Shown piece after piece: positions 36,583 to 48,672 of a stretch of DNA of 64,000 nucleotides. How positions within the stretch are numbered: position 1 is the stretch's first letter; each line of letters starts with the position of its first letter. Position numbers and translations under genes: made by a program. The DNA comes from Pavona decussata (lineage: Eukaryota), in NCBI GenBank assembly GCA_977016875.1, contig CDRNST010000339.1, positions 62,001 to 126,000 of the forward strand, read 5' to 3'. Under the pieces are notes generated by a model. That model searched no databases. It worked only from the letters and a program-made list of their open reading frames with translations, and was not told where the DNA came from.

Positions 36583-39500
36583 TACTAACGTTCTTCTATA
36601 TCTCCATTGAATTATGGAAAACCTGCTCGTGAATTAAGCCTTAGACAACAAGAAATGTGATCGAAACATGAGCGAAGGCCGCGACCCTCTTTTTCCTACT
36701 GTTAATTTAAAAGAATTACATAAACAGACATAGAATAATATATTTACGGAGCAAACAAGCGAGTTTCTAAAAATAGGGAAGGGTACGTGGAAACATGCAC
36801 CCCAGGAAATACATTTACAGCTGTTTAAACCTGTTTCATCTGCAGTCAATAGTTTTGTTTTTATGTAGTGACCCAAGTCTAGCCACTGCCCAAAAAGCAA
36901 GAAAAGGAAGCGCTGTATACGTACTCCTTCAGTATGAAACAAGCCGCAAAAAGTAATCTTCTGTTTTTATAAGTATCACCGCCGGCCTGGCCATGATCAA
37001 ATTTACGGCATTTTTCATATTTTGCGAGGATAAGAAGTTAACCTACAAAAATATAACATTATAGATTATAGGTCAAGACCGAACATTTTTGTTGTTGTTT
37101 CTTACGTACTAGCCGCGTTGTCTATTCCATGCACGAAACGTCAATCTTGTTTGTAGTTACTTCTATTGGTCTCTTAACATGATTTTTTAAAGTTTATTAC
37201 CTATTTCAATTCTAGTGTTTTAAAACTCAAAAGCGATACCACCAAAATTAAAGCAGAATAGAATTTCACATAAATCATTAATTAATAATTAATTTTACAT
37301 AGATTAATTGTTTTTAAAGTCGTCTTATAACAAATCTGCTTAAAATAAAAACGAAATGAAAACAGAATATCTGCTGCTCGTTAATGAGTTGTACAAAATG
37401 ATCATAAAGGAAGTTATTTTCCTCTGTTCTGTAAATATTTTCGTTCAACTTATCACGGGTTATTCTTTTTGGTGAAAAGTTACCGGATATATTTAACCTT
37501 TCAATTTTTTTTTTCAGTTGAACAAACATTTTTTTAAACAAGTAACTGCGGTGGTGATTGAAAGGTAGTTAGAATATAAGGGTTCTCGATTAATCGGAGG
37601 AAAGCCTCTCTCGGAAACTATTTGTCTCCTTGTAAATCCCGTGAACCAAAACTCAAGAGAACACATATTAACTTTAGCATCGTGGTTCCGTCAATCAATT
37701 CTTTTTTGCAATTGAATACTCACATGCGACATCGTTTCGGGTCCACCGTTAGCCCCCCAAAAAACTCTCCATCTGAAACGTCCGATTAAGTCCAGCCGGT
37801 CTTCATCAACATTGCTTTTCCTAGAGGACCTAGAGGGGGTAAGCATTAGCGAGTAATATGTTTGCGTGATGCGTGCAAAGGAGACACGCATACACAATCC
37901 CAATACTCGGCGTTTGTTGCCGTGTGACAATGTAAACAGTTGATTTTATCTCAGTTGATAATAAAAGAACTATTTGAAGAAGCCCGGTTGAATGGCAGTT
38001 TGGTATCAGCGAATTCTTTGAGGGAAATATTCTCGATACTTATTTTTTTAGATCTGATATTAACTTGCCGGAGGCTTTTGCGAATAAAATTCATGTACAA
38101 CTGAAATGTTGAGTCAATATCGCACGTAAGTAGCCTTTATGATAGAGAGCAGTTTGTTCCTTGTTAAAGGGCATTTAGTGGTAAGTTGAGTAAGTCGGGC
38201 TATGTTTTACCGAAGATAACACTAAAAGTGGCATTTGTGAAATTACAATGTTTTTTAAAGAACTGACAAGAGAAGCGAGAGAGCCGTTTAATCTCATCTA
38301 CGCCCTACACCCACAGTCCCTTTATCATATCCGGCAGCGATATCTCTGGCCTTTGGAGGTGAATGCATTTTACACGGTTGTTCTCGAATAATACTGAGCA
38401 TTTTTTCGACTGATATCGATGCACATCCATCACGTTTGATCCAGTTATGGTCATAGAAATGTTTAGCCGAAGATGAAGTCCAAAGTCTTTATTGCGGCAT
38501 TATCCAAGGCACTGGATTGATGATCAATAGTTTCAGGTATGCTAGAAAGACAAGTGTCCATAGCTGGCCGACTATCAAGTTTCTAGTCTTATCAGATAGG
38601 TTACTGACTCGGCCATAGAGAGGTGAGTTTGTTGGGGTGTCTTTTATCGCTGTGTTCTCCAATACGGCGCTGGTCTGCTCAAACTCAACAACTTGAATAA
38701 TCTTTGAGACTGGAAAGGACTCTGTTGGCTAAACTGGTGAGTTTTTGCTTTAAAACAGAGCATCCAATACTACTTTCAATGCATTATCCTCTAAACGCAC
38801 TTAAACAGCGGATGATGATGTATAAACTCCTTTCGTCTGTTGTTCGTTTAAATGCGTTGGCTCCCACTGGCATTAAAACGATTTTACAGCGCAACTCAGT
38901 TACACATTAGTTTCGTTTTGTGGACCATCTGAGTAAATGAAATGAACTTCGAGAAAAACAAACAACTTTTACCTGAGGATGCGATTGAGTGACATTTGCT
39001 CCATATTTAGCTCGCAGCTCCAACCGAAGGAAAGTTCTGCTGTTTTTACAGTTCCGTGTAACGATCATTTCGGGTCTATTGTGCAGAAAAACACGCTCCG
39101 CAAAGACGAAGCACGACATTTTAATCTGTGCTAGCGAGGATGATCATACCAGTGACTGAAATGTTAAAAATTTCAATTATCTATCAAAGAGTCTCAGTAG
39201 TGCACCACACGGGCAGTCAGCAACCCATTCTTGAGTGTTTGTTTGATTAGAATATCCCAGTGTTAATTTAACGGCAGCCGAGAAGTTAACACTTCTAAAA
39301 GCGGTTGAACAAAGAAAGGAGTGCTTTGGAAACACAGAAATGTCAAATATGTTCACTTTGAGATAACTAATACATATGTAACGAAGATATTAGCAACTGT
39401 TATGCAATTTAGGGCGCGATTTTGTATTGGTTTTCGCTTCCAGAGCAAATCCTTGGCGATATACCAAAACAATATGGTTTGAACTGACTTATTGGTTAAA

Positions 39501-40451
39501 ATCCTCAAGTGTATGTGACCATTTAAGCCAAAGCTTTTAATCTGCAGTCTAATGTGGTGCAGTTTATCTATCAATACTTTGCAAACTCATATCTTTTTTT
39601 TCACTTAAATTTCAAACTGGAGTGTTAAAGCGTCAACGTAACCGAACTATCTAACTAGGACATTGTTAATATCTGGTTGTCGTTAAAACTGATATGAGAA
39701 TTGAAATTGGGTATATCCCTTTTCAACTAATAACCCAAATATCTCAAGGCTAGTTAATGTAATTAGAAACGATCTGAATATCAACATAATATCAACATAA
39801 AATAATACATAAGAACAACTGAATTTTTGTACTATTAGCCATTCATGTGTGTTCTTGAGTTTCAGTCCTTGCTTGGTTTGAAATTCCGTACTATTGGCTT
39901 GGTTAATTACATTTAATCTCGGAGTAACATTGTAGCATTGTTATTAAAAGTGCCTATCAGTGTCCAGTCCATCTTCATTAAATGCCGTTTAAAACGAGGA
40001 AAACTAGAAGTGAACTTCTAAAGTACGATTGGCACAAAGCAAGCAAACACGAAGCAGACATGAAGCGTGCAAGTTTGGACTAGAAGTCAATATTTAAAGC
40101 GCATTTGTAGGACAGACATTGATCCTTCGTTTAGACCCACGGGGTGGACATGGCTTATTATTTACTTACTACACGGGATACATTTTTTCCGTCTTCGCCA
40201 GGCTTTGTTCCATAATAGCGGATTCTTTCAATCCCTCTTCAACTAAATTCTGACTCCTGTATTGCTTAAAGAATATAATTAAAAACTAAATGACTCAACA
40301 CCTGGGAAGGTACGTAAAGAAAATAGGAAAGACAGAGAAGAAAAGAAAAACAAAAGAACAGACTTGAATTTCTTGAATACCTTTGAATGATAATATGTCA
40401 GAAATGACCTATAGCCAAATTATATGTTTACTCGAGACATTCTAAATTTAA

Positions 40452-40498
40452 ACTTCCTTCCTCAGTTTAGTTTGCCGGTCAGTACTGAGGAAGGAAGT
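40452..40498. repeat. Perfect 15-bp inverted repeat with 17-nt loop
   Basis: acttccttcctcagt (40452-40466) / actgaggaaggaagt (40484-40498). Confidence 0.9.
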
Positions 40499-41941
40499 GG
40501 GTGTGCAAATATAGAGAGGGTTGAATAAATACAGATTTCATAGGGAAGTGGGCCAATTAAAATTAAACATACTGAATAAGGAGGAGGTCGGGTCAGATTT
40601 AAACTGAAAATTCTACCTAAACACTTCATTGCAACTTTGGCGCTGTTAACTGTCTGTTCATTCGAGAAACAATTGTGCGGATGAGTTCTCTTTCACATTT
40701 CTGTGATTAACCATGTCTCGTGACAAAATTAAATCATGTTTTTTCTTCTTACACTCCTTTCTGACACGTGAAAGACTGGCGTCTCGTCAGACGTCAATTT
40801 AAAGACGTGAAGAACGTGCAGCAATGGTAACAATTTATGTAAAAAACGGAAAACCAAGTTCCAAAAAGAGAGATAATCCAAATTAATCCGGATGCTGGAA
40901 ATGTGAAAGTTTAAGACTGGTGATAAGTGCGTGCGTTCTGATTACTGTCATCCTAATACTCCTAAGAAAGCTTTTATAGAGAGCTTAACGTCAAGACCTC
41001 ACGCTAACACTTGCGATTTTAATTCAGATAATTTTTTTAAGTACCCATAAACACGTTATTGGTAGAAAAGTTCGACGGTGTAATGTTAAGGAATTTCTGT
41101 TCAATTTTGAACACAATGTGTGTTGAAACCATCGTCGTAGAGAAAAATTCAAATCATAATTCTTTAATTGGATTACATGTGATTTTACAGATGATTCTGT
41201 AATTGTGTTTTCACTAGATCAATTTTGGCCCGATAAATAAATTGAAAACAACGCGTCTTGTATTTGGCGAGCAAAAATGCAAGCTGTTTATAAAACTCCC
41301 GTTGAAAATGAAAACAAATAGTCAGTATTTAATCTTCCGAACTTTGAATTTTTTTAATTCAATTCGTCTGTGCCTCTACTGAAAAGTTCCGCTAATCCAG
41401 TTAGCAAATGAAATTATATGTATTGATATGAATTAATCCAGGCTCTTGTAAAAGAAGGAGTTTTAAAAAAGTCACGAACAAATTTCAAATTACGGCTGAT
41501 AGTCATTGATAGGAAAAATTTGTTAAAAATTGCATATTTTGATTAGAGTAAATAGGAGTAGAATTTCTTTTAAAAAAAAAAGAGATGTAGAGGATTATGA
41601 TTAGTCGTACTGCCAGCTTTTTACCCGCTTAAGATGAATATGATTTTCGAAACAAATGATTAAATAATTTAAGTATTTAAAAAAACAATGATTACTTGAT
41701 TTTTTTAATAATAGGAGAGTAAATTTGCGAAGGGCATGGTGGGACGATATCATATCGATCCGATTTAACTACCATCCTAACCGATATCTTGCAGATTTAA
41801 TATCGACATCGGGATTGAGAACGTGTATAGTTCCTCGAAAGTCCCGGTAACTTACCGGGCCCGATAAGTATATTTCTCAATGATTTTTGTATCCGAGCAC
41901 AGTAAAATAGTTGGACTTACAAGAATTACTCTTCTTAGAAA

Positions 41942-42119
41942 NNNNNNNNNNNNNNNNNNNNNNNNNNNNNNNNNNNNNNNNNNNNNNNNNNNNNNNNNNN
42001 NNNNNNNNNNNNNNNNNNNNNNNNNNNNNNNNNNNNNNNNNNNNNNNNNNNNNNNNNNNNNNNNNNNNNNNNNNNNNNNNNNNNNNNNNNNNNNNNNNNN
42101 NNNNNNNNNNNNNNNNNNN
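41942..42119. other. Assembly gap (178 N)
   Basis: Run of N. The left flank (ctcgaaagtcccggtaacttaccgggcccg, near 41834) looks like the start of a repeat, which would explain the gap. Confidence 0.99.
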
Positions 42120-42762
42120 TAAGTGAACAGGAACGGCTTCGCGCAGTGCTCCGAGCTAAATTTACGCATGTAGTATAATGCAATTGACTCCATGGCAATG
42201 AAAATTGTGAAATTTGAGTGACTTTATTATTTTATCACCTCTTGGAAATAAGAATAAATTTCTGCCATTCGTGCACACTGAGCAAATGGGATTACAGATT
42301 TTGAACAATTTCAATACGTGTTCCTTTCAAATTGGTGAGGCGCATACTGTTCAGCCTTTCAGGGGAGATCCTATCTCGGGATTAAACTTAGCTTGACTTC
42401 TGACTTAAACATATTTTCACGGCTGAAAGGTTAAAATCTTTCAGTTCTGAAGTTACATTTTTCGTCTCGTGAAAGTTAATGGGATAATTTCCTCTCAGGA
42501 TGGAGAGTAGGAGGCGAGAGAGGTCGAAGGGGGTATAGAGTTGGGGAATGAATGTACGTGATCTGTGATGAAGTGTATTGCTTGAGCCTGTCATTGGAGC
42601 TATGAAAGTTGACTTCACACTACATTTATTAAAACAGTGGTCCGACTGCCACGTTCTCGCTTGCCAATATAATTCGGTATAGAGACTAACACGTAAGGTT
42701 CGTGATTAGAATAACACGTGACTAATGGGTTGCCTCTACTAAATATATTTACAAAAGATAAC

Positions 42763-43005
42763 GGTTGTTTACTTGACCATTTACCAAAAAATTCGGTTGT
42801 GAATTTCTGACTGGGTCAGAGAACGTGTTCCATTTACCGCAAGAAACTTCCTTTTCGGATGAGACATCTACTTAGGTCAGTCATAAAAGTCAAAGGCCTG
42901 AAACGATTACGAAAGATGCGAAACGTGTATATGGAACACGACTTTCTATTCGGAATGTCACAATAGCGAAAACGGGGCTACATTTTCAGAAGAACCATTC
43001 CTCCC
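42763..43005. mobile_element. Partial MITE (ggttgtttaccatttac-type terminus)
   Basis: ggttgttta...ccatttaccaaaaaattcgg start, with internal gtgttccat/atggaacac inverted motifs; truncated where the SINE begins. Confidence 0.45.
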
Positions 43006-43018
43006 GTGAGGGGTGGTT

Positions 43019-43454
43019 GGGTGCATGGATGGCGCAGTAGAGAGAGTAGTCGCTTCTCACCAATGTGGTCCGGGTTCGATTCCCAGCGTTGACGCTATTG
43101 ATTTTCGCTACGCTAACCGAGGGTTACAGTTACACACACTAAAGAAAAATACAACAGCATGAGCTATTTAAACTTACATTCAAACGAAAATATAATAGTT
43201 TCAATAACAAAAGAAAATTCACTATCACCAATGGGAAGCTTAATTAAATATTCCTGAGAAGTAATGTCAATGTGCATACATTAAAGTTCGAATTAGCAGC
43301 CGTCAAATCACGTTCATTTTGACAATAACAACATAACAACAAATGTTGGTTGAGTTTGCAGTGGTTCTCGTCCTTATACGGAGGGTTTTTTTTCGGGTTC
43401 TCCGGTTTTTCTCCCTCCACGAAAACCAACACTTCCAAATCCAAATTCGACCCG
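43019..43454 (+). mobile_element. tRNA-derived SINE interrupted by a ~244-bp insertion (43099-43342)
   Basis: A box TGGCGCAGTAG and B box GGTTCGATTCC (43073-43083). The body resumes at 43343 (tgttggttgagtttg...ttctccggtttt...aaaaccaacacttccaaat), colinear with the intact copy at 47588-47862. Confidence 0.8.
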
Positions 43455-44724
43455 AAGCACACGTCGTTTAGGATTTTACTCCATGAGATTGAGGTTTAAA
43501 TGGACGGCGGTATGTATTTCGACTGAACAAGTCACCAATGTTTTGTCATATGTAGGTAGAGGGCCTATACCATTAGTTCTTTAATCCTGTTATGCATATT
43601 AAAAGAAAACAGTGGTGGGTTTCGTTCTCAAGAATTGGCCAAGGAAGATTTAGGAACAGCAGGCTAAATTGACTTACGCTGTTTACGTCAGTCTTGATGT
43701 TCCGTACCACACAGGGAGTGTTTCCTAGTCAAAGAGATCTTAAGCTACTTAACTCTTTATCCCATGAGAGTGCCAAAATAGAACTTCATTTAACAAGTTA
43801 ATTTTTCGCTATTTGCGCTTCTAAAGAATGTCAAACAAACAGAACCACATGACAGTCACCTCTCAATATATCTGTCAGTCTGGTAAGAAAAACCCTAACA
43901 CACGGAAGGCTGATCAAGTAACTGTCTGGGTAGCTGGAGATGCCTATGATTTCAAGAGACCCCATTTCCACTACTGGGCCACGCAAACTTCTTTTATCCT
44001 TGCAGTTGAAGAAAGATTGCATTTGGTTATTTAATCACACTAGCTATGCGTCAGATGAGACTCTATGTCATGACCAAACACCTTGTGTAGTGCCAACAAA
44101 AATTCTGTAAAATTTGTTAAGTGTAAAGCTTGTTTTCATGCGTTACGCCTAGTCAACTCAGTCACGTTACTCAGACCACTGCTCTTCAGTAGACTGATTA
44201 AGTTGATAGCAGAACATACATACTAGAAACAACTTTACATATTTTCTTCACTCCATGCACGAAGGTCACAACTGTATAAATTAAGATAATGCCTTCAATT
44301 TGTAAGTTAAATTAACTTTTCAGGATTAAAATTTTATTGGCCCTGCATCTGGAATCAACACTTTTTTTTTCGTTCTTGCCATATAGCGTTCATTTTTTAA
44401 TCAAACCAGAAACCTTGTGTGGCGTTTCTGACTTACAAAAAAGTGTACAGAATCTGGCATAAACAATATTTTCCAACTTGAACTAAGCACTTGAATTAGT
44501 AAAAGCAAATGGCATACGATAGTGTATTTTTGAGACGTCAGTGCTCAACAAGAGCTTGTTCATCGCTAATGTTAATTTGGTGTTTGTGTCGTTCACGTCT
44601 GCGATATAGGACGCGGCGCGTTCTTCATTTTCGTGTTTGTGAGGATATTTTGTTATCCAATTTGAGGTTGCGGTGTTTTTCGCCAAAGGGGGTTGCGTCT
44701 GTTTTCAGATGCCATCGATCTGAA

Positions 44725-44815
44725 ATGTTTGACGTGCAATACACCTTGCCTCCAGATTTAGTACATAACGAAGGCAACATTTTCGTTTTTCAGAGAACTG
44801 TAAATCAAGGACAAG
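44725..44815 (+). CDS. Candidate microprotein, exon 1 (GC donor)
   Basis: Acceptor gcgtctgttttcAG at 44708, ATG 44725, MFDVQYTLPPDLVHNEGNIFVFQRTVNQGQ, donor AAG|GCAAGT (consensus GC-AG donor), phase 1. Confidence 0.3.
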
Positions 44816-45609
44816 GCAAGTAACACAGCGATCATCATACTCGCTGTCCAAAAATAGGCAAAGCGTTTGTAAGACGGTTTGGGAGGAAATCATATTGGTG
44901 AGACCTCTTGAGAGTTGATGGGCTCTGAATACAAAAGGACTTTGTAAGCTTTTCCTGCTCAACAGTAACCTCCGTCAAATGACCTTTTTCGTCCGACATT
45001 AGAGACACAATGAATTCATTTTTGATGTTCGATCGTCGCCTGACACAAACACAAGCTACTAGAACGTTCCCCTTAAAAATATCAATCTACATCGTGTTTG
45101 TAAGCTATTCGTGGCACAACCGTGATAATGGCCTTCAAAATTTGTACAATGTAATACACTTTTACCACAATTCAGTTATAACGCTTTCTGACCGCTATTT
45201 GCCACGAAAAGACAGCAAAGACCCATGAAAAGGAAGAAAATTACATTACGCAGTAATTTGATGTTAAATTCTGTTCAGTCCAGTTCAGTCAAAATTAGTC
45301 AATTCAACTGGACACAAAAAGTGCGCTTTTACTGAACTTCATAGTGGGATTAAAATTTTTTTGACTTCCTGAAGGAATTGATTCTGACTTTGAGTGTCGT
45401 GAGGTAAACAAACTTAAAACCATAAACGGTAGGACTTTAAGAAGCTTTTAAAACTCGGTCATAATGAAGGAACTTAAAGAGGTTTTATAGATCGAGATTT
45501 CAATCCTTTACTCTTTTGCCGTGACTTTGATCTCCCCAAAACATTCACTTCCTGGCCATGAAGACGACGAAATTAATTTTATTTTCAGTATTTAGAACTC
45601 TCCTGTCTG

Positions 45610-45799
45610 TAAGATTACTCGTAACTTCCAAACGTGATTTATGTGCATTGAGATATTGTCCATTTAATTGTATTTAATATGTAGTTCTACTTATATATAT
45701 TTAATTTGTAGTAATGTATTGTACACGACCCCACAAGCTTTCAGCTTTTATATACATCGTGTATAAATAAAGGCAACCTACCTACCTACTACCTACCTA
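45610..45799 (+). mobile_element. 3' tail of a LINE/SINE (CR1/L2-like)
   Basis: AT-rich UTR, stem tacacga...tcgtgta, AATAAA at 45766, then a (CCTA)n microsatellite tail. Confidence 0.55.
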
Positions 45800-46434
45800 A
45801 GTATATTAAATTTTTGTCCTGTATACCATAAAACTAACTGTCAAATGATGCCACCCGGACCCATATCTCAATATTAATGGCTTTTTGAATGTTCTTTCGT
45901 GGCGTGTTTAAAAATTTGATTAATGAGGATCACGATATCATCTTTCGTTTTTTTCCGTTATTATCTGCTACATTTCACTCATCCATAGAAAAACAAAAAC
46001 AATAAAGAAATAAAATGAGCAAATTTAACAGACAAAGAACTAACAAATAAATAAATAGTCGAAAATTTGACAAGATATTTGCACAACTTGCGTTGTAATA
46101 TCTTTTTCAGTGATATTTTCCCATTTTTCACTTCCCATGCATTTAGTCACATCTCTGCCAAACCCAGAGCTTATTTGGGAGTTATCATTTCTCGAACTTG
46201 CGATCGCTTAAGATCCGGAGACAGACAGATATCACATCGCACGATCAAGCAATCACGTTTCGGCGGACATTTGGCGAGAATCCGCAAATGAAGCATTTTG
46301 TTGAAAGATTCGTCCCTGGATCGGATCGTTTAAATGTTTCTGCTCAGCTAAATCTGGCGTAGATTGTAAACTTGATAACAGTTTCTCGTTGCGTCTTCGT
46401 CGAAGGTTAAGTTTTGCTTTTTGTTTTCCTTAAG

Positions 46435-46502
46435 TTCCTGTGACGAACTTCCGAGTGATTGACCAGAAGGATTTGTCTCCCAGAGGAGACGCGCTATTTT
46501 GA
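46435..46502 (+). CDS. Candidate microprotein, exon 2 (exon extends to 46527)
   Basis: Strong acceptor gttttgctttttgttttccttaAG and donor TCG|GTAAGT at 46528. The longest frame is phase 1: VPVTNFRVIDQKDLSPRGDALF*. Confidence 0.3.
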
Positions 46503-47587
46503 AAGAAGCCCATGCTGTCCCGTCTCGGTAAGTTTCTGTTAATATTTGGAGAATGCTGGAGTTTACAGTTAAAATGAAAATCAATCTACCATATTATGCT
46601 GATCCTATAACAACTTCAGCCTCGTTGTATAAATGTTTATCTTTCATTGTGTATCAAACTGTTGCTTGAACAAAGGGGTTCTTGTATTACTCGAAATTTC
46701 TTCCCGTCGAACGGTTTTTATTGCCCAATCGGATATCGTAGCCAAACTGATCTGATATTTTGTGTTTGAGTTGACTGAACTTCACAGTTTGCGCTTTCTA
46801 TCTGAAGAAATTTTGGTTTTCCCTGTATCCTCTTAAAATGTCAGAACAGCTCACTCAATCGAAGAATGCGAAAATGAAAAAAAATTGCCGTGATAGCGTG
46901 ATACTATTACTGTTTCGGAGCCACCGCGCACTTGAAGTAGTTACTTTGTATAAACTGCCAGATCGTTGTCTTTCATGTTAAATGAATCGACAAAGGGCTA
47001 TTTTTCATCCTAAGTGGCCATGAATGGGTTAGAGAAGTTGAATTATGGCTGTAATGTTTATACTTCACTCTATCAGACGAATGCCTGAAGGAAGGATTTG
47101 ACGGAAAGTTACGTCAACAAAAAACTGATGCAGCCGAAAGGAATGCGACTTATTTGGGTTATCCTACGTCTTATGGGAGGGTAACATTCCATGTGTGATT
47201 ACGATGACTGAAGTTTCGAGAGTATAACAAATGCTTCAGCTGAAATAATTTTATGCGTGGTTGAATATAATCTACCACCGGCTTTACTGATTTGAGATCC
47301 ATTGTTGGTGTGGTTTTTCTTGTCCCACTACAACGTCTGATTTATATTTTAATGAGCCAGTGCTGCTACGTTGCGTTTCATTTTGAAGAAAATTTGTGTA
47401 TGCAAATGGTACCGGTTTGAAAGATTCATGTGAGCTTCAAATGCTCTTCAGAGACACGTTTGGGTCTGTGGATTAACCCCTAACATGTGACTATTAATTT
47501 TTTTGTGTGTGAAGATACAAGGTGGCTCTTATCTTTTTCGCAAGTTAAAAGGATAAAAAGTAAACTAAACTAATTTAATTTTTTGGA

Positions 47588-47862
47588 TTTAATGTCAATA
47601 ACACGGGGAGTGCTTGCGCAATCTCCCAACCAGAGGCTCATGATAAAGTGCTTGACAATAATCCAGATCGAATTGGAATTTGGAAATGTTGGTTTTTGAG
47701 GAGAGAGGAAAACCGGAGAACCCGGAGAAAAACCTCTCGGAGCAGGGACGAGAACCAACAACAAACCCAACCCACATACGACGCCAATCCGGGAATCGAA
47801 CCCGGGCCACATTGGTGGGAGGCGATCGACTGCTCTCACAACTGCGCCATTCCTGCTCCCCC
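47588..47862 (-). mobile_element. Near full-length tRNA-derived SINE
   Basis: Minus strand ggggagcaggaaTGGCGCAGTTGtgagagc...gGGTTCGATTCCcgg (Pol III A and B boxes), followed by the conserved body and an AT-rich tail. Confidence 0.9.
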
Positions 47863-48167
47863 AGAAATAGTATTTCCCTATTATTTTTGCAAGTCTTTCA
47901 ATGCTTGCAAACCTAAACTAGATTTAGTTATATTTTTTTTAAATTCGATTTTGTCACCCTTGGCAGTGAAGAGTTAAACTCTTTTAATTAAGCTTCCAAC
48001 AGTTAGCAGAATGTTTTTAAAGTATCACAACAATTAGCTACAAAACCAGTCTCGAAGGTCAAGAGAAACCTTAGAATGAAAACTGCTGATACAGAAACAT
48101 CATTCGTAAAATTAATATCCTTCTTATTTCTTTTGTGGAATGATCTTAATAAATCCAATAAAAAAAA

Positions 48168-48245
48168 TGATGAAGATGATGATGACGATAAATCAACAAC
48201 AACAACGATGATGATGATGATGATGATGATAATAATAATAATAAT
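48168..48245. repeat. Compound (GAT)n/(AAC)n/(AAT)n microsatellite
   Basis: Seen directly in the sequence. Confidence 0.95.
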
Positions 48246-48309
48246 TTAGATTGAGGATTTTATGGATAGTAAATAGTTTTAGAATTTAATTACTAGGATC
48301 TTTATGATT

Positions 48310-48672
48310 AGGAGTTGGGATTTTAATAGTAAGGACTTTGGTCGTTGCATTGATTGGCTACGGCTGGCCGCCCAATCATTGTTTAGGATATCTGGGCATC
48401 CAGAAGTTTTTACTGCCATTATAATAATAGTAATTAGACGTCGCTGGTGACAGCAAGGTTGAGTAGAAAAAAAAAGGAAAAAGTTAACAAGTATCAAGAT
48501 CTTGCAAGAGAGTGAAAAGCAATAACAAAACTTGTCCTTGTGTTACGTAGTTGGGGCACATGGAATGGAATCCTAGAAGCTGAAGCGACACTTGGAAGTA
48601 ATCGAAATTGAAATTTTAGACTCAACAGGAAAAATGAAAGATCTGCTCTCCTCGGTTGGCTCACATTCCAAG
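48310..48672 (+). mobile_element. Fossil restriction-like endonuclease (RLE) domain of an R4/Dong/NeSL-type non-LTR retrotransposon
   Basis: Frame-broken translation WDFN...GRPIIV...DVAGDSKVE*K/KEKVNKYQDLARE*...VVGAHG...KLKRHLEVI...SALLG matches WDF..RRPDIV..DVAVP..EKxxKYQDL..VVGALG..ALLG. Confidence 0.75.

Noticed and set aside
41852-42198. ORFs containing X runs
   Set aside because: Artefacts of the N gap.
47570-47977. Four overlapping ORFs and a tRNA-like sequence
   Set aside because: All derive from a SINE; it has A/B boxes but no complete cloverleaf.
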